DNA of 63,649 nucleotides, the filler included, from Octopus bimaculoides (Eukaryota), in the NCBI RefSeq assembly GCF_001194135.2. It is 6 parts of 6 records of this genome, joined end to end, with 100 filler letters (N's around TTAATTAATTAA, not from the genome) between each part and the next. Parts side by side here need not be neighbours in the genome. Positions count along the whole stretch, not along the records: positions 39,423 to 51,070 come from NC_069001.1; positions 51,171 to 61,296 come from NC_068983.1; positions 61,397 to 63,649 come from NC_068989.1; 3 more parts are not named here. One strand, given 5' to 3'. The notes beneath the pieces are model-generated. The model did no database searches and was not told the origin of the DNA. It saw only the letters and a program-made list of their open reading frames with translations. Each line of letters begins with the position of its first letter. Position 1 is the first letter of the stretch. Positions 49,602 through 62,072 of this stretch are shown here, in pieces. Both the position numbers and the translations under genes were made by a program.

Positions 49602-50479
49602 TNNNNNNNNNNNNNNNNNNNNNNNNNNNNNNNNNNNNNNNNNNNNNNNNNNNNNNNNNNNNNNNNNNNNNNNNNNNNNNNNNNNNNNNNNNNNNNNNNN
49701 NNNNNNNNNNNNNNNNNNNNNNNNNNNNNNNNNNNNNNNNNNNNNNNNNNNNNNNNNNNNNNNNNNNNNNNNNNNNNNNNNNNNNNNNNNNNNNNNNNNN
49801 NNNNNNNNNNNNNNNNNNNNNNNNNNNNNNNNNNNNNNNNNNNNNNNNNNNNNNNNNNNNNNNNNNNNNNNNNNNNNNNNNNNNNNNNNNNNNNNNNNNN
49901 NNNNNNNNNNNNNNNNNNNNNNNNNNNNNNNNNNNNNNNNNNNNNNNNNNNNNNNNNNNNNNNNNNNNNNNNNNNNNNNNNNNNNNNNNNNNNNNNNNNN
50001 NNNNNNNNNNNNNNNNNNNNNNNNNNNNNNNNNNNNNNNNNNNNNNNNNNNNNNNNNNNNNNNNNNNNNNNNNNNNNNNNNNNNNNNNNNNNNNNNNNNN
50101 NNNNNNNNNNNNNNNNNNNNNNNNNNNNNNNNNNNNNNNNNNNNNNNNNNNNNNNNNNNNNNNNNNNNNNNNNNNNNNNNNNNNNNNNNNNNNNNNNNNN
50201 NNNNNNNNNNNNNNNNNNNNNNNNNNNNNNNNNNNNNNNNNNNNNNNNNNNNNNNNNNNNNNNNNNNNNNNNNNNNNNNNNNNNNNNNNNNNNNNNNNNN
50301 NNNNNNNNNNNNNNNNNNNNNNNNNNNNNNNNNNNNNNNNNNNNNNNNNNNNNNNNNNNNNNNNNNNNNNNNNNNNNNNNNNNNNNNNNNNNNNNNNNNN
50401 NNNNNNNNNNNNNNNNNNNNNNNNNNNNNNNNNNNNNNNNNNNNNNNNNNNNNNNNNNNNNNNNNNNNNNNNNNNNNNN

Positions 50480-50519
<40 letters not shown>

Positions 50520-51070
50520 CATACATATACATACATACGCAGAATGTATACGTGTTTTCTCGTTCATCTCCGCGTCTACGCTATATACTCTTGCGCATAT
50601 GCACATATTCACACACACAAACACACATACATACATACGCACATATATAGACACATATTCTTGAACACACACAGCATATATAGATACTCTCACACGCATA
50701 TACCCTCATACACAAAATGTATTTTCTAGTTCATATTCACGTTCATCTAACCTAGACACACACACACATACACATACTCACACAGTCGGATTCTCACCCA
50801 CCCACAACCTCATCGCCGGAACACGCATCACCATCAACACATGCGTACTAGAACCTCAATAAAGTCACACCACACGCTAGTAATAGCAGCTGAATCTCCT
50901 ATGTATCAAACCCTACCGTTTTAAAGTACTAACGGTTTCGATTATATAAGTCTAAATGCCGCATATTTGAAATACAGCTAAATTGTTGCGGATGTCGCAG
51001 TTGGACTTCTAATCATAAATCTGCTCGATCAGAGTAGGCCTGGAGCTGAATAACAACAACTATAACAACA

Positions 51071-51170
51071 NNNNNNNNNNNNNNNNNNNNNNNNNNNNNN
51101 NNNNNNNNNNNNNNTTAATTAATTAANNNNNNNNNNNNNNNNNNNNNNNNNNNNNNNNNNNNNNNNNNNN
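51071..51170. other. Scaffold-join linker (44N-TTAATTAATTAA-44N)
   Basis: As at 29139. Confidence 0.95.
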
Positions 51171-52009
51171 TGTGTGTGTGTGTGTGCGCGCGCGTAATAT
51201 ACACATTTATCCACGCATTGAAAAAGAAATATACATAATTACAGAAGTACTTGAAAAACACCAGCATAAGTAGATTCACACGAACACCATAGCAACGAAA
51301 TTGGTATGTAGACAGGTCCAAATACACATTTATGCATAGATACATTGCAATACAGTTTTCTTTATCTGAAGATATAAATTTTTACCAATTTTCTAAAATT
51401 TCTTGTCAACAAAGCAAATTTGTCCATCATAATTTGACTACAAGATTTAAATAATAACATGGCTTTTGACAGGAAATTAATTTACTCTCGACTTTTAAAC
51501 ATTTTACTGAATCAATAAAAATCAGTGGACTTCAAGTGAAATTAATGGAAGTGATATTAAGTAAACATTTTGAAGACCAAATTTGTTCAATAGAATCTTT
51601 TATGTTTTATCATGTGTTGAAACACAGAGCAAACACATCATAACAATACTTTCTAACGAACGGCACTGCTAGAAATCCAAAGAAAGTGATGAGGTTCCAC
51701 GATTATACAGATACTAATAACAGGAGAAACATTTCATTGCCACTTAGCCACCGAGCATTATGTGTTCCGGATATCAGTTATGGGATCAAATAAGACCATG
51801 GTTAACTCTGGCTTCAAAGTTTCTGGAGTGGTGCCGATTAAATAAAGTACCAGGCAAATACTGAAGTTATTTAATCATCTTCACTATGTACTAAAATATA
51901 GTGGATAGCTTCTAAGAGTTATGTTGAAATACCGCCAAGCTGAGTAGAGTGTGAAGTAATGTTAGGCGTCATGTATATTGGTATCATATTGTTATCATCT
52001 ATGTATAAA

Positions 52010-52440
52010 GCGGCGAGCTGGCAGAATCCTGGGTACACCGGGTAAAATGCTTAGCCACACTTAGTTCGCTTTACGTTCTGAGTTCAAATACAGCCTAGGT
52101 TGACTTTTCCTTTCGTCATTTCGGGGCTAATACGAACCACTTGAGTACTGGAGTCGATATATTCGACTTACCACCTACCCTGAAATTGCTAGTATTGTTT
52201 CAAAATTTGAAACCATTATGGCCTATATGTAAGGCGGTGAGCTGGCAGATTCGTTGGCACACCGGGAAAAATGATTAGCAGCATTTAGTTCGTCTTTAAG
52301 TTTTGAGTTCAAATTCTGCCAATTCTTTGCATTTTATCATTTTGGGGTCGATAAATTAAATACCAGGTAAGTAGTAGTTTCGATGTAATCGACTATTCCC
52401 ACTCATTCAAAATTCCAGAACTTGAGCCGATAGTAGAAAG
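52010..52440 (+). mobile_element. Two tandem SINE family B copies (about 52010-52220 and 52230-52440)
   Basis: Both start (A)AGGCGGCGAGCTGGCAGA-like and carry the Nin core; their tails differ (variants iii and i). Confidence 0.85.
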
Positions 52441-53087
52441 CATTAAACACAGTAGAGAGGTTAAGATGTTTTTTTTGCAAACATTTGTCCCATATTCGAT
52501 GAAGTTGCATGGTATTGTGTGCACGAACCTTTAGCATGCTTCTGATACGCTAAAGTCTTATTAGTACAATTGGTCATATAGAAAATAACTGGATTGTGTC
52601 TTTGCGCTTTTCAAAGGATCAGCTTTGGTGCTCTAATTAGTCATAATCCGCTTAAGATGCAATCCTCGAAGTGTAATGTTTTTAACAACTGCAAATACGT
52701 GCATGCACACACACACACAAATATATTCGAGCACGGAGGCAAACATTTACGTGTCTGTTTGAAGTAAATGTGTACCCCGCCTCATGCATACATATACTCC
52801 AGGGTAGAGACACCGAAGCAAAAGTTACTAATGCATACCGCCCACTTCTGGGTCTACGTTGTTTATCAGGTTGTGATCTGTGTCATCTCATCTCGTTCAA
52901 GTTTTGTGCTTTCGTAGAATTCTCAACAATCAGTTTTGCCACATGTAAATACACACATACACACAATCACACACATTTACGTATTTCTCTGTATGTGTAT
53001 GTGTTTATTTATACACATATATATGAAAGGTGAAGTATATGGATATCTATCTATCGACACACATTCACACACATGTATGTATGTACA

Positions 53088-53276
53088 TGCGAAGGGGTGC
53101 TGAAAAGCTCCTGGCTTTGGGTAGATGAAAACACTGCAGAATCAGTTAATTATAATTTTATTTAACATATTTGCTTCTCAGATTCAAACACTTACGGCAG
53201 CGGTCTTTCTGTTTTGCTAAGTTCTCCAACTAGGCCTTCCACGGGCCCCTGAAAGCCAGAAACTTTTCAAGCACAC
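53088..53276. mobile_element. Mariner-derived MITE
   Basis: TIRs GGTGCTGAAAAGCTCCTGGCTTT / AAAGCCAGAAACTTTTCAAGCAC. The interior resembles the rc of a mariner C-terminus. Confidence 0.75.
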
Positions 53277-55883
53277 AGAACGATGCATTTAAATTTGCAA
53301 GAAGGAAGAATAAAATGCTGGTATACCACTTTTATTCGCTGATGAATTCATTCCCTTCACATATATACGGCTGTTTTTTGATCATGTGAAAAAAAAATAT
53401 TTCGGAAAATACATGCGTTTCGTGAATAACTCTTCTTCCAGTTCGTGAATAACGCTTAGAATATAAATGTGACTTATTCTCTTTGTCTGTTTCAGGTTCC
53501 TACATTCATATTTCCTCTATCACAGAATGGTAAAAATACTATTGTAGAATTAACAGGGATTAACATATCAACAACGGGAATCGGTGAAATAGCATCGGGA
53601 GAATGGAGAATGGGTAGAAGAAGGAAGGAAGGAATAAGATAAGGTAAAAGAAATAAAAGACAAAAGGAAAATGGGGTGATTCTAGTGTCTATTGATTTCA
53701 AATGGTTGGTCATGTGACTTTTCTTATTCTATGGAGTTGTGCGACGTTGTTACGACTATGGAGTGAAAAGTTCTATTTTTGAATTGCAGTCAAGCTCAAT
53801 ATTATTATGATAGTAAATTCGGAAACAGCAACTCATAAATTGAGGAGATAGATTCAGGAGTAAAAATTATATTGCATCAGTACAAATACGTCTTCAAAAC
53901 TAAAATAAAATACGATATAAATCAAATTAAGGAATCAAATAAATGGGTAAGAAATAAAATTATATGGAAGAGATAAAATTTTACATAAACAGCTACTTGA
54001 TAATGTCACGCAAAACTGCGAAATATTTAAAGCGCGTATATATATANNNNNNNNNNNNNNNNNNNNNNNNNNNNNNNNNNNNNNNNNNNNNNNNNNNNNN
54101 NNNNNNNNNNNNNNNNNNNNNNNNNNNNNNNNNNNNNNNNNNNNNNNNNNNNNNNNNNNNNNNNNNNNNNNNNNNNNNNNNNNNNNNNNNNNNNNNNNNN
54201 NNNNNNNNNNNNNNNNNNNNNNNNTATGTATGTATGTATGTAGGTATGTATGTATGTATGTATGTATGTGTGTATATATGCATACATATATTATTTATAT
54301 TATTATATGATTGAACGCAACGCATCCATTTCCAAGTATGTATACACATACACACACACACACAATTATATAACAAAATAGATGATAAATCATAAAATAT
54401 CGCAGACTCATAAATCTACATAATAAATTAGATATCTTTCAATAACGACAAGGCTTTATAACAACTAACATCCATAAAGAAAAAATTACATCTATATTGG
54501 AATGCAGTTTAATTATATAGCTAAATCCGAGATAGGAGTCGTTAGTAAGAAAATGTTGAAATGTATATCAAGATAAGTATTAGGAAAGCACTAACGCCAT
54601 GTAGTGAAATATCAGTATAGATATGAAAGTCTGTCTAAAATCTAACAGCATTTGGGATACGAAAAGAATTCCTCGGTCAAACACTTTTAATATCAACAAC
54701 TTTATACAAAATACGTTAAAATCATCGCATGTGATTGTACTTGAGAAATGTTATTAATACATGATCGAGATACAGACTTAATAATACTTGCTACTATAAG
54801 CACAAGGCCTGGAATTTGTGGGAGGGGACTAGTCGAGTACATATATCCTAGTACTTTACTGGTACTTATTTTATCGACTCCGAAAGACGTTAAAGGCATA
54901 ATGCCAACTGAACCTGAAACCATGGGCTCTGCTTTGTAGAAGTTATTCTGCAGCACAGACCACGAATTAATGTTTCAGCGATTCATTATACATGAATCAC
55001 TGTGTCATGGTACAGGGGTAACTTGAACTACTTGCGGAAGAAAACAACGAAGAAATATGCAGTTCCCTGCGCCTGGAAATTTGAAACATAGCAAACAGTT
55101 GTTTAACTAAACGTTAAACAATCAAGCCCTTATTTTGGAACTTGACTTGTGACTTGCGTGGAAAAGTGGAAAGAAAAACGTCGAAATCTACATTTGTACA
55201 CCTACTTACACATCGAAACACAAATGTTTGAAGAATTCAAACAAATCTAGGCATGTAGGAGGTGAACTGAAAACAAATATCCCTAACTGGAAAAATAAAG
55301 TGTGATTTGAAATTGTCTCACATTAAGTTTCTTTCTGTCTAGCATACATTTAACACTGTTTTTTCTCTTTCATTATCTTATTTCGTTATTTCGTATAAGA
55401 AACAGCCTCCCTTTCTCTTATAATAACGCTCTTTGGCATTGTGGATATATAAATTATTTATAATTCAATGTATCTGATATGTTCTTTTCCGGTGTAACAG
55501 AAACACACATAAAAATATTTACACTAAAACACACACTCACATTATATCCCATATGTTCACATCTGCGCTAGTGAAGAACAACTTGTATCTTTCTAGCATA
55601 CGAAAAACGTTAACATTTACACATTCACCTTTTCAAAATATATTTTGTCACCTTATTTGAAGCCACGCTGTGATATGAGGCCTTAATGCGTGTATCGACA
55701 CAAACATCACAGATATATATCTATTTCATATTTCAATATGAATATAAATATCCACCAGCACATTACTCTATTAAGCGCGTTATATTTCATAATATTTTGA
55801 ATATTATTGAATATTGTAAGTTCAATATTATCAATAATATATATTTTTAATAACTGAATAAATATTTAATACATGCATACATA

Positions 55884-55915
<32 letters not shown>

Positions 55916-57139
55916 TGCGTGTGTGCGTGTGTGTGTGTGTGCATACGTACGAGAAAGCGAGAGAGAGAGAGGGAGAGAGGTTGGAAGAGAAATACTGTGA
56001 GTAGATTAATGGATTGGGTTGAAGAATATTTATTGATAACTAAATGTATAAACTACTCAACTGCAATTTGGATCCTATCAAAGGAATCACTTTTTCAGGA
56101 GAGCTCGCCAATTAATTCACCAGTAATGCGCATTCAATTTTTAAAGTAACACGGTAATCAATTTTATTTATTTCAAATTTATTATCGGGCTCAATTATTA
56201 GCTTTGAGTGGAGTAACATTTCATATTTATTGAAACAGTATTAGCTTTGAAAAAATTAATTTCTTTTACTTTGTGTTTTCACATTTGCTTTTCCTATGCT
56301 TTTATGGTAATGCGCTCTGTTTGTTTCTTTTTCTTTCAACGTTTGCAATAGTGAAACTCTTGTGTGAGTATTCTCTTCGTTTCAGGCTTGATAATTGCCT
56401 GAAATTGAATATTGGTTTTGTAATTAATTTAAAATGCATTCCATTTCACTATCGTATTAGGAAGTGAAAAAAAAAAAAAAAATGGAAATATAGGAATTAT
56501 AATAAATAGTAAACAACATGTCAATACATTACTTCCGTGAATATATCACATGGTTTTCACTTTGAATTCCGTGATTATTTTCTCTGTATTCGAAAACTGA
56601 TTTTAATCAGCACTAAACTTCCTGACAAACATAGATTGTCGTCCTAACCAATACAGTTAGGACAACATAACTTATTACAGGCTTCATTGATCTTGAATTC
56701 TTTACGCGTAAAAAATACTTGCACAACGAATAGCTGAATAAACCGTCAATCTATATATTCCTACTTCATTATTTCGATCAATTGAAAAATAAGATATACT
56801 ATCTATTTAGGTTATTTTATAATTTATTTATAATTACTGATTTCCTCTATCCTTTACACTGCGTTATCCGTCCATGAAATGAGGAATAAAGTGCTTGTAC
56901 ATACAAATATTTGACATGAAAACGAATGTTAATATCGGCACAGGCTTGGACCTGGTTCCATTCTCCATGCAACGCAGACAGAGTAACTATCTTCTAATGT
57001 AGTCTCCCCCACTCCCCACTCTTCCTACTCTTCATCTACTTCCTCCAAGAAGAAGAAGAAGAAGGAGAACAACAGCAACAACAGCATGAGCACACGAATG
57101 TCGTTATCCTCATTCTCCCTGCTACACTTCTCGTCATCA

Positions 57140-57309
57140 TACTGAATCATGATCATGATCGTGATAATGATGATGATGACGATGATGATGATGATCATCA
57201 TGATCATGATCATGATCTTCTTCTTCTTCTTCTTCTTCTTCTTCTTCTTCTTCTTCTTCTTCTTCTTCTTCTTCTCCTTCTTCTTCTTCTTCTTCTTCTT
57301 CTTCTTCTC
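57140..57309. repeat. (GAT/CAT)n followed by (TCT)n
   Basis: Directly visible. Confidence 0.95.
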
Positions 57310-57653
57310 ATCATGAGTACCTGGAAAAAGTCCCCTTAGCTAACAAATACCTGACAATGCAAATAGATCTGTTTAAAACGCTACGTTAGTATTTGGAACA
57401 AGTATGAAGGATAGTTGCGGTTTGGTAAACCCTGCGCTCTCTCAGATAGACGAAGTCTGCATTTCTTGGCTTCATTTATGAATACCTTTCGCCAAAATGC
57501 CACTCAGTTTGATATTACATTTGATCATCAGTAGACATATATAGACTGCTAACGTCATGATTATCTCCTTGTTTAGTTGAATTAAATGTCAAAGTCGACT
57601 GAACATTTCAGAGCTTGAAAAGGACACTCTCATGGAATGCGACCAAATGAGAC

Positions 57654-58700
57654 TTATTTTTCAATATATTCACCCTGGCGGTTCACACACTTCTCCCACC
57701 TGTATTGCAGTGCTTGGATCCTATTGGTGAAGAATCATTCATTCAGTTGGACATAAAATGAAACTACACATATGACGTGATCATCACTGCGATATAGAGT
57801 CCTATCCAAGTATTTTTCATGCTGGAGAATAGATGATAGTCAGATGGCGAAATTCAGGAGACCAGGGAGGGTGATCAACCAGTCGGCAGACTCAGTCATG
57901 CACAGCACTCTTCGAAACGAATGCTTGAGCGATCTCCTGATGAAACTAGACAACTAACGTCAGTATTCTTGGGTATTTGTTTTTGATAGTCTTTCGTAAC
58001 TGTCACAGCAATTTGGCATAATACTCTCAATTGATGGCGTGACGCTTTTGAAGAGAGTAAATAAGCTTAATGCTATGTGCATCCCAAAAGCTGAGGCCAT
58101 CATCTTTCCTGCAAATGAAACGACGACTTTGGCCTCATTTGGAGCGGATGAGGAGGGGTGTTTCCACAGCATGAATTATCTCTTTGTCTCTGGATTAAAG
58201 TGATTAAAACAAACTTCATCGTCGTTCGCTTAGGAAACATTGAAGGAAAGAAAATGAATCTGCCTCAATGTCAGATTTTCACGTGATATTATCGGCCTGG
58301 TGCACTTTTGATCTGGTGTCAGTAGATGTGGCATCAATCGAGTTGAAACCTTTGTCATGCCAACTTCATTATGCAGAATATTCTCTGCTCCCTCACGGGG
58401 TATGCTAATAGCATTGGCTATTTGATTGATAGTCAATCGCCTGTCAACCATTCCCATGTGCTGAACGCGATCAATGTTTTCCTCAGTGATGGCAGTTGCA
58501 GGACGCCCTGATCCTCGGTCATCTTCAAGATTCTCTCTTCCCTACCTAAATTTAGCGACCCGCTTTTGTACTGTTGATAAAGCTGGGGCAGCATCCTTTA
58601 ATGTACCAAGCATATCAGGATGAATGTCTCTGGGGGTTAAACCCTTTTTTCTATTGTAAGTTGATAATTCCATCATACCAAATTGTGAGAATTTTCAAGA
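57654..58700 (-). pseudogene. Near full-length degenerate mariner transposase
   Basis: Reads KKGLTPRDIH...EDDRGSGRP...DRRLTINQIA...GMTKVSTRLMPHLLTPDQK...WKHPSSSAPNEAKV...GKMMAS...RWEKCVNRQGEYIEK* (stop 57654-57656). Frameshifted; TIRs not clear. Confidence 0.88.
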
Positions 58701-59689
58701 GAAGTCGCTACTAATTACTTTTGGAGTCTTCGTTGAAGAGTCAGATATCAGTTTACTTAGAAGTGCAGTTTACCAAAAAATGCAGTAACAATGTAATTAT
58801 TAATAAGATGATTTGAAATTATTGAGCCCAAGTTCACAACTCTAGCATCACTGCTTACACTTTTCTAGAATTAGCTTAGATAAGCTACTATATGTTAGAA
58901 TGTGTTATAATTAAAAGTTACGTCTTACTATACTTTCTAATTATATTTTATATAAATAATGGTAATTTCCGTTTTCTGCATATGATTCAATCTTGAAATA
59001 TGACGTAACCTCCACCATCAGCAGAATAAGATAAAAAGAGTCTTCTATGCATCACTAGAACAAGCATTGTAGCATTAAGGAAGCTCGAAAGAAAAGAAAG
59101 TCTCCTTTCTCGGGACTTTATAGGAACACTAACGGACCTCTGTATCCAAGTTCTGTCATCCCCAACAAAAGAGCAGTGGACTTGCGCAAACAAACTGAAA
59201 TCATAGGGTAAAAGCGATACTGCTACTGTGCACAGACTGTTATATCTTGAATCTACTACATGCTCATTCTGAATTACTGACCGCATTTCGAACGCGGGTG
59301 GATATAACAAATTTCATAAAGTATGGTAACGGTTAATTGGATTTTAAATGCTCTGGCGCTCTGCCCTCACTTTGGTCATATAAGCTGATGTTATATCCTG
59401 GTTTCGAATGTAAATCTTGAGAATTTTTAGTCAAAAGGCGAAACAACAAATAGATTTTAATAGATTATATTTATGAATGAAGTATCTGCTTTCATTTTTG
59501 AAACAGCGCACGCTAAATTTTAAGTGTTGTCTATTCAGATAATGTTTTAAATTATATTCTAGACATTAAATGAACTTCAAGGACTTTAATTTTTCTATTT
59601 AATTCTATTCACAGAGCTTTTCAAGAACAACAAAAGTAATTAAAAAAGCTATATTATTTATTTTATTGCCCAGAGAAGGTTTATATGAA

Positions 59690-59712
59690 TCTATCTATCT
59701 ATCTATCTATCA

Positions 59713-59790
<78 letters not shown>
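59690..59790. repeat. (ATCT)n microsatellite
   Basis: Directly visible. Confidence 0.95.
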
Positions 59791-60470
59791 ATACATAATT
59801 AAGGGATCAGCAAATATTTGCTTCACCATATACCGAAGTTCAGAAATAGCAGCTAAAAAAGCTGAGAATCCCACAGATAGCATCACTTGTAACTCACAAA
59901 GGCAAAAACAAAAAGAAAAAAACAATGAAAAACTAACCATTCNNNNNNNNNNNNNNNNNNNNNNNNNNNNNNNNNNNNNNNNNNNNNNNNNNNNNNNNNN
60001 NNNNNNNNNNNNNNNNNNNNNNNNNNNNNNNNNNNNNNNNNNNNNNNNNNNNNNNNNNNNNNNNNNNNNNNNNNNNNNNNNNNNNNNNNNNNNNNNNNNN
60101 NNNNNNNNNNNNNNNNNNNNNNNNNNNNNNNNNNNNNNNNNNNNNNNNNNNNNNNNNNNNNNNNNNNNNNNNNNNNNNNNNNNNNNNNNNNNNNNNNNNN
60201 NNNNNNNNNNNNNNNNNCATACATACATAGATACATATGTATATGTAAGTATGTATATGTATATATATATATTCACCACTCACAGGTACATATATATACA
60301 TACATAGTCACCCAAGCACCCGCATAGACATTTCGAGGGATATTCCAGTTAAATATGTAATTTTGAACTTTTCATAACAATAACTATATTTAATTTCATT
60401 TCTAGAATTTTAAGTATATGAAAAGTTAAACGTTCATGATTGAGTTTAAAATACAACCTCGCAATTCGCT

Positions 60471-60517
<47 letters not shown>

Positions 60518-61230
60518 AGCAGAGTGCTGCAAACGGAAACAAGAAAGTAAAACTAACGCTAGCAAATCATCATAATTGAGATGTGATATATATCTTCTTG
60601 AGTTAGTTGAAAGCATCTTCAGTAAAAGAAAATAACCTGAAAGTTGTTTTAAAAACGTCACGATCTTCTAAAATGTCCAATTTGTAACTTCAATAATATA
60701 CCTATATTTTTTGATAGCACGCTGACGTGCCGTACGAATAAGAAAAAGAAATCTGTAAAGATCGATAAACTATAGTTCGTGCCATTCAGATGAACGACAA
60801 ATATTTACTGTCTTCGCTGTGTACTATTTTGGCTTTAAATATACTTTGAAATATCTGTGGTAGTAACCAAGAAAGTTCGCGAAAAAAAGTATTCGTTAAG
60901 AGAAAACGTAATGTCTCTCTTTTCTTCTCCGTTACTCTGGCTTTGTCTCTGTACTGCATATATGTATACTTGTGTGAGTGTGTGGACAAGCATGTGTGTT
61001 CATATAACCACATACATATATCCGGATATTAATACTCACCAGATATATGTGTGCAAGTAAATGTGTGTTCTTGGATGTGTGTGGCTGTGCGTGTATGTAT
61101 GTGTAAATACATACGTACACATATACATACACAAATGTATATTCATATACACATGTCAGTACGTATATATTCGTCGCAGATTAGCAGGCTTTCTATGATA
61201 TAGATGCTTACATATGATATATATGTGTGA

Positions 61231-61296
<66 letters not shown>

Positions 61297-61396
61297 NNNN
61301 NNNNNNNNNNNNNNNNNNNNNNNNNNNNNNNNNNNNNNNNTTAATTAATTAANNNNNNNNNNNNNNNNNNNNNNNNNNNNNNNNNNNNNNNNNNNN
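61297..61396. other. Scaffold-join linker (44N-TTAATTAATTAA-44N)
   Basis: As at 29139. Confidence 0.95.
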
Positions 61397-61414
61397 TATA
61401 TATATATATATATA

Positions 61415-61551
61415 TTCAGTTAATTGAAGGAAAGAAAATGGAGACTTAAAATAAATAATTATTTATTATTAAAAAATTGGTAATCTTTACTTTTAATGAT
61501 AAATAATGATTAACTTTAAACTCTCCATTTTCTTTCCTTCAATTAACTGAA
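61415..61551. repeat. 137-bp fold-back with perfect 30-bp arms
   Basis: TTCAGTTAATTGAAGGAAAGAAAATGGAGA (61415-61444) has its exact rc at 61522-61551, with an AT-rich spacer. Confidence 0.9.
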
Positions 61552-61705
61552 CAGGAATTATACGCTTAGTATATACCTATAGATTTCAGAAAATTTCATT
61601 TACCGAAACACTAGGTATAGAACCAATGTTTCCTTGAATGTAACCATCCCTTTATGTGGTTCACATATCCTCTAAGCAACTTTATGGGTATGTGTGTGTG
61701 TGTGT

Positions 61706-62072
61706 GGAAACGCAATGGTTCAGTGGTTAGGGCAGCGGACTCGCGGTCGTGGAATCGCAGTTTTGATTCCCAGAGTGTCTATTGAGCGAAAACACCTAAA
61801 GCCCCACGAGGCACCGGCAGGGGGTTGTGGCGAACCCTGCTGTACTCTTTCACCACAACTTTCTCTCACCCTTTCTTCCTGTTTTTTGTTGTACCCGCAT
61901 TTCAAAGTGCCAGCCTTGTTACGCTCTGTGTCACACTGCATCTCCACGCTAACTACGCTAAGGGTACACGTGTCTGCGGAGTCCTCAGTCACTTACACAT
62001 TAATTTCACGAGCAGGCTATTCCGTTGATCGGATCAACTGCAACCATCGTCGTCGTAACCGACAGAGTGCCA
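61706..62072 (+). mobile_element. tRNA-derived SINE, family C
   Basis: Head GGAAACGCAATGGTTCAGTGGTTAGGGCAGCGGACTCGCGGTC...TTGATTCCC. Tail GCCAGCCTTGTTACGCTCTGTGTCAC...GTCGTAACCGACAGAGTGCC. Confidence 0.8.

Noticed and set aside
49262-50650. 462-aa ORF and other long X-containing ORFs
   Set aside because: They are open only because of N-runs and simple repeats.
53560-53615. SGEW motif suggesting a Cys-loop receptor exon
   Set aside because: No Cys-loop, FPFD or GSW motifs in frame; four residues are insufficient.
61706-61780. tRNA gene
   Set aside because: A/B-box-like head only. There is no complete cloverleaf and it continues into SINE body, so it is a SINE head.
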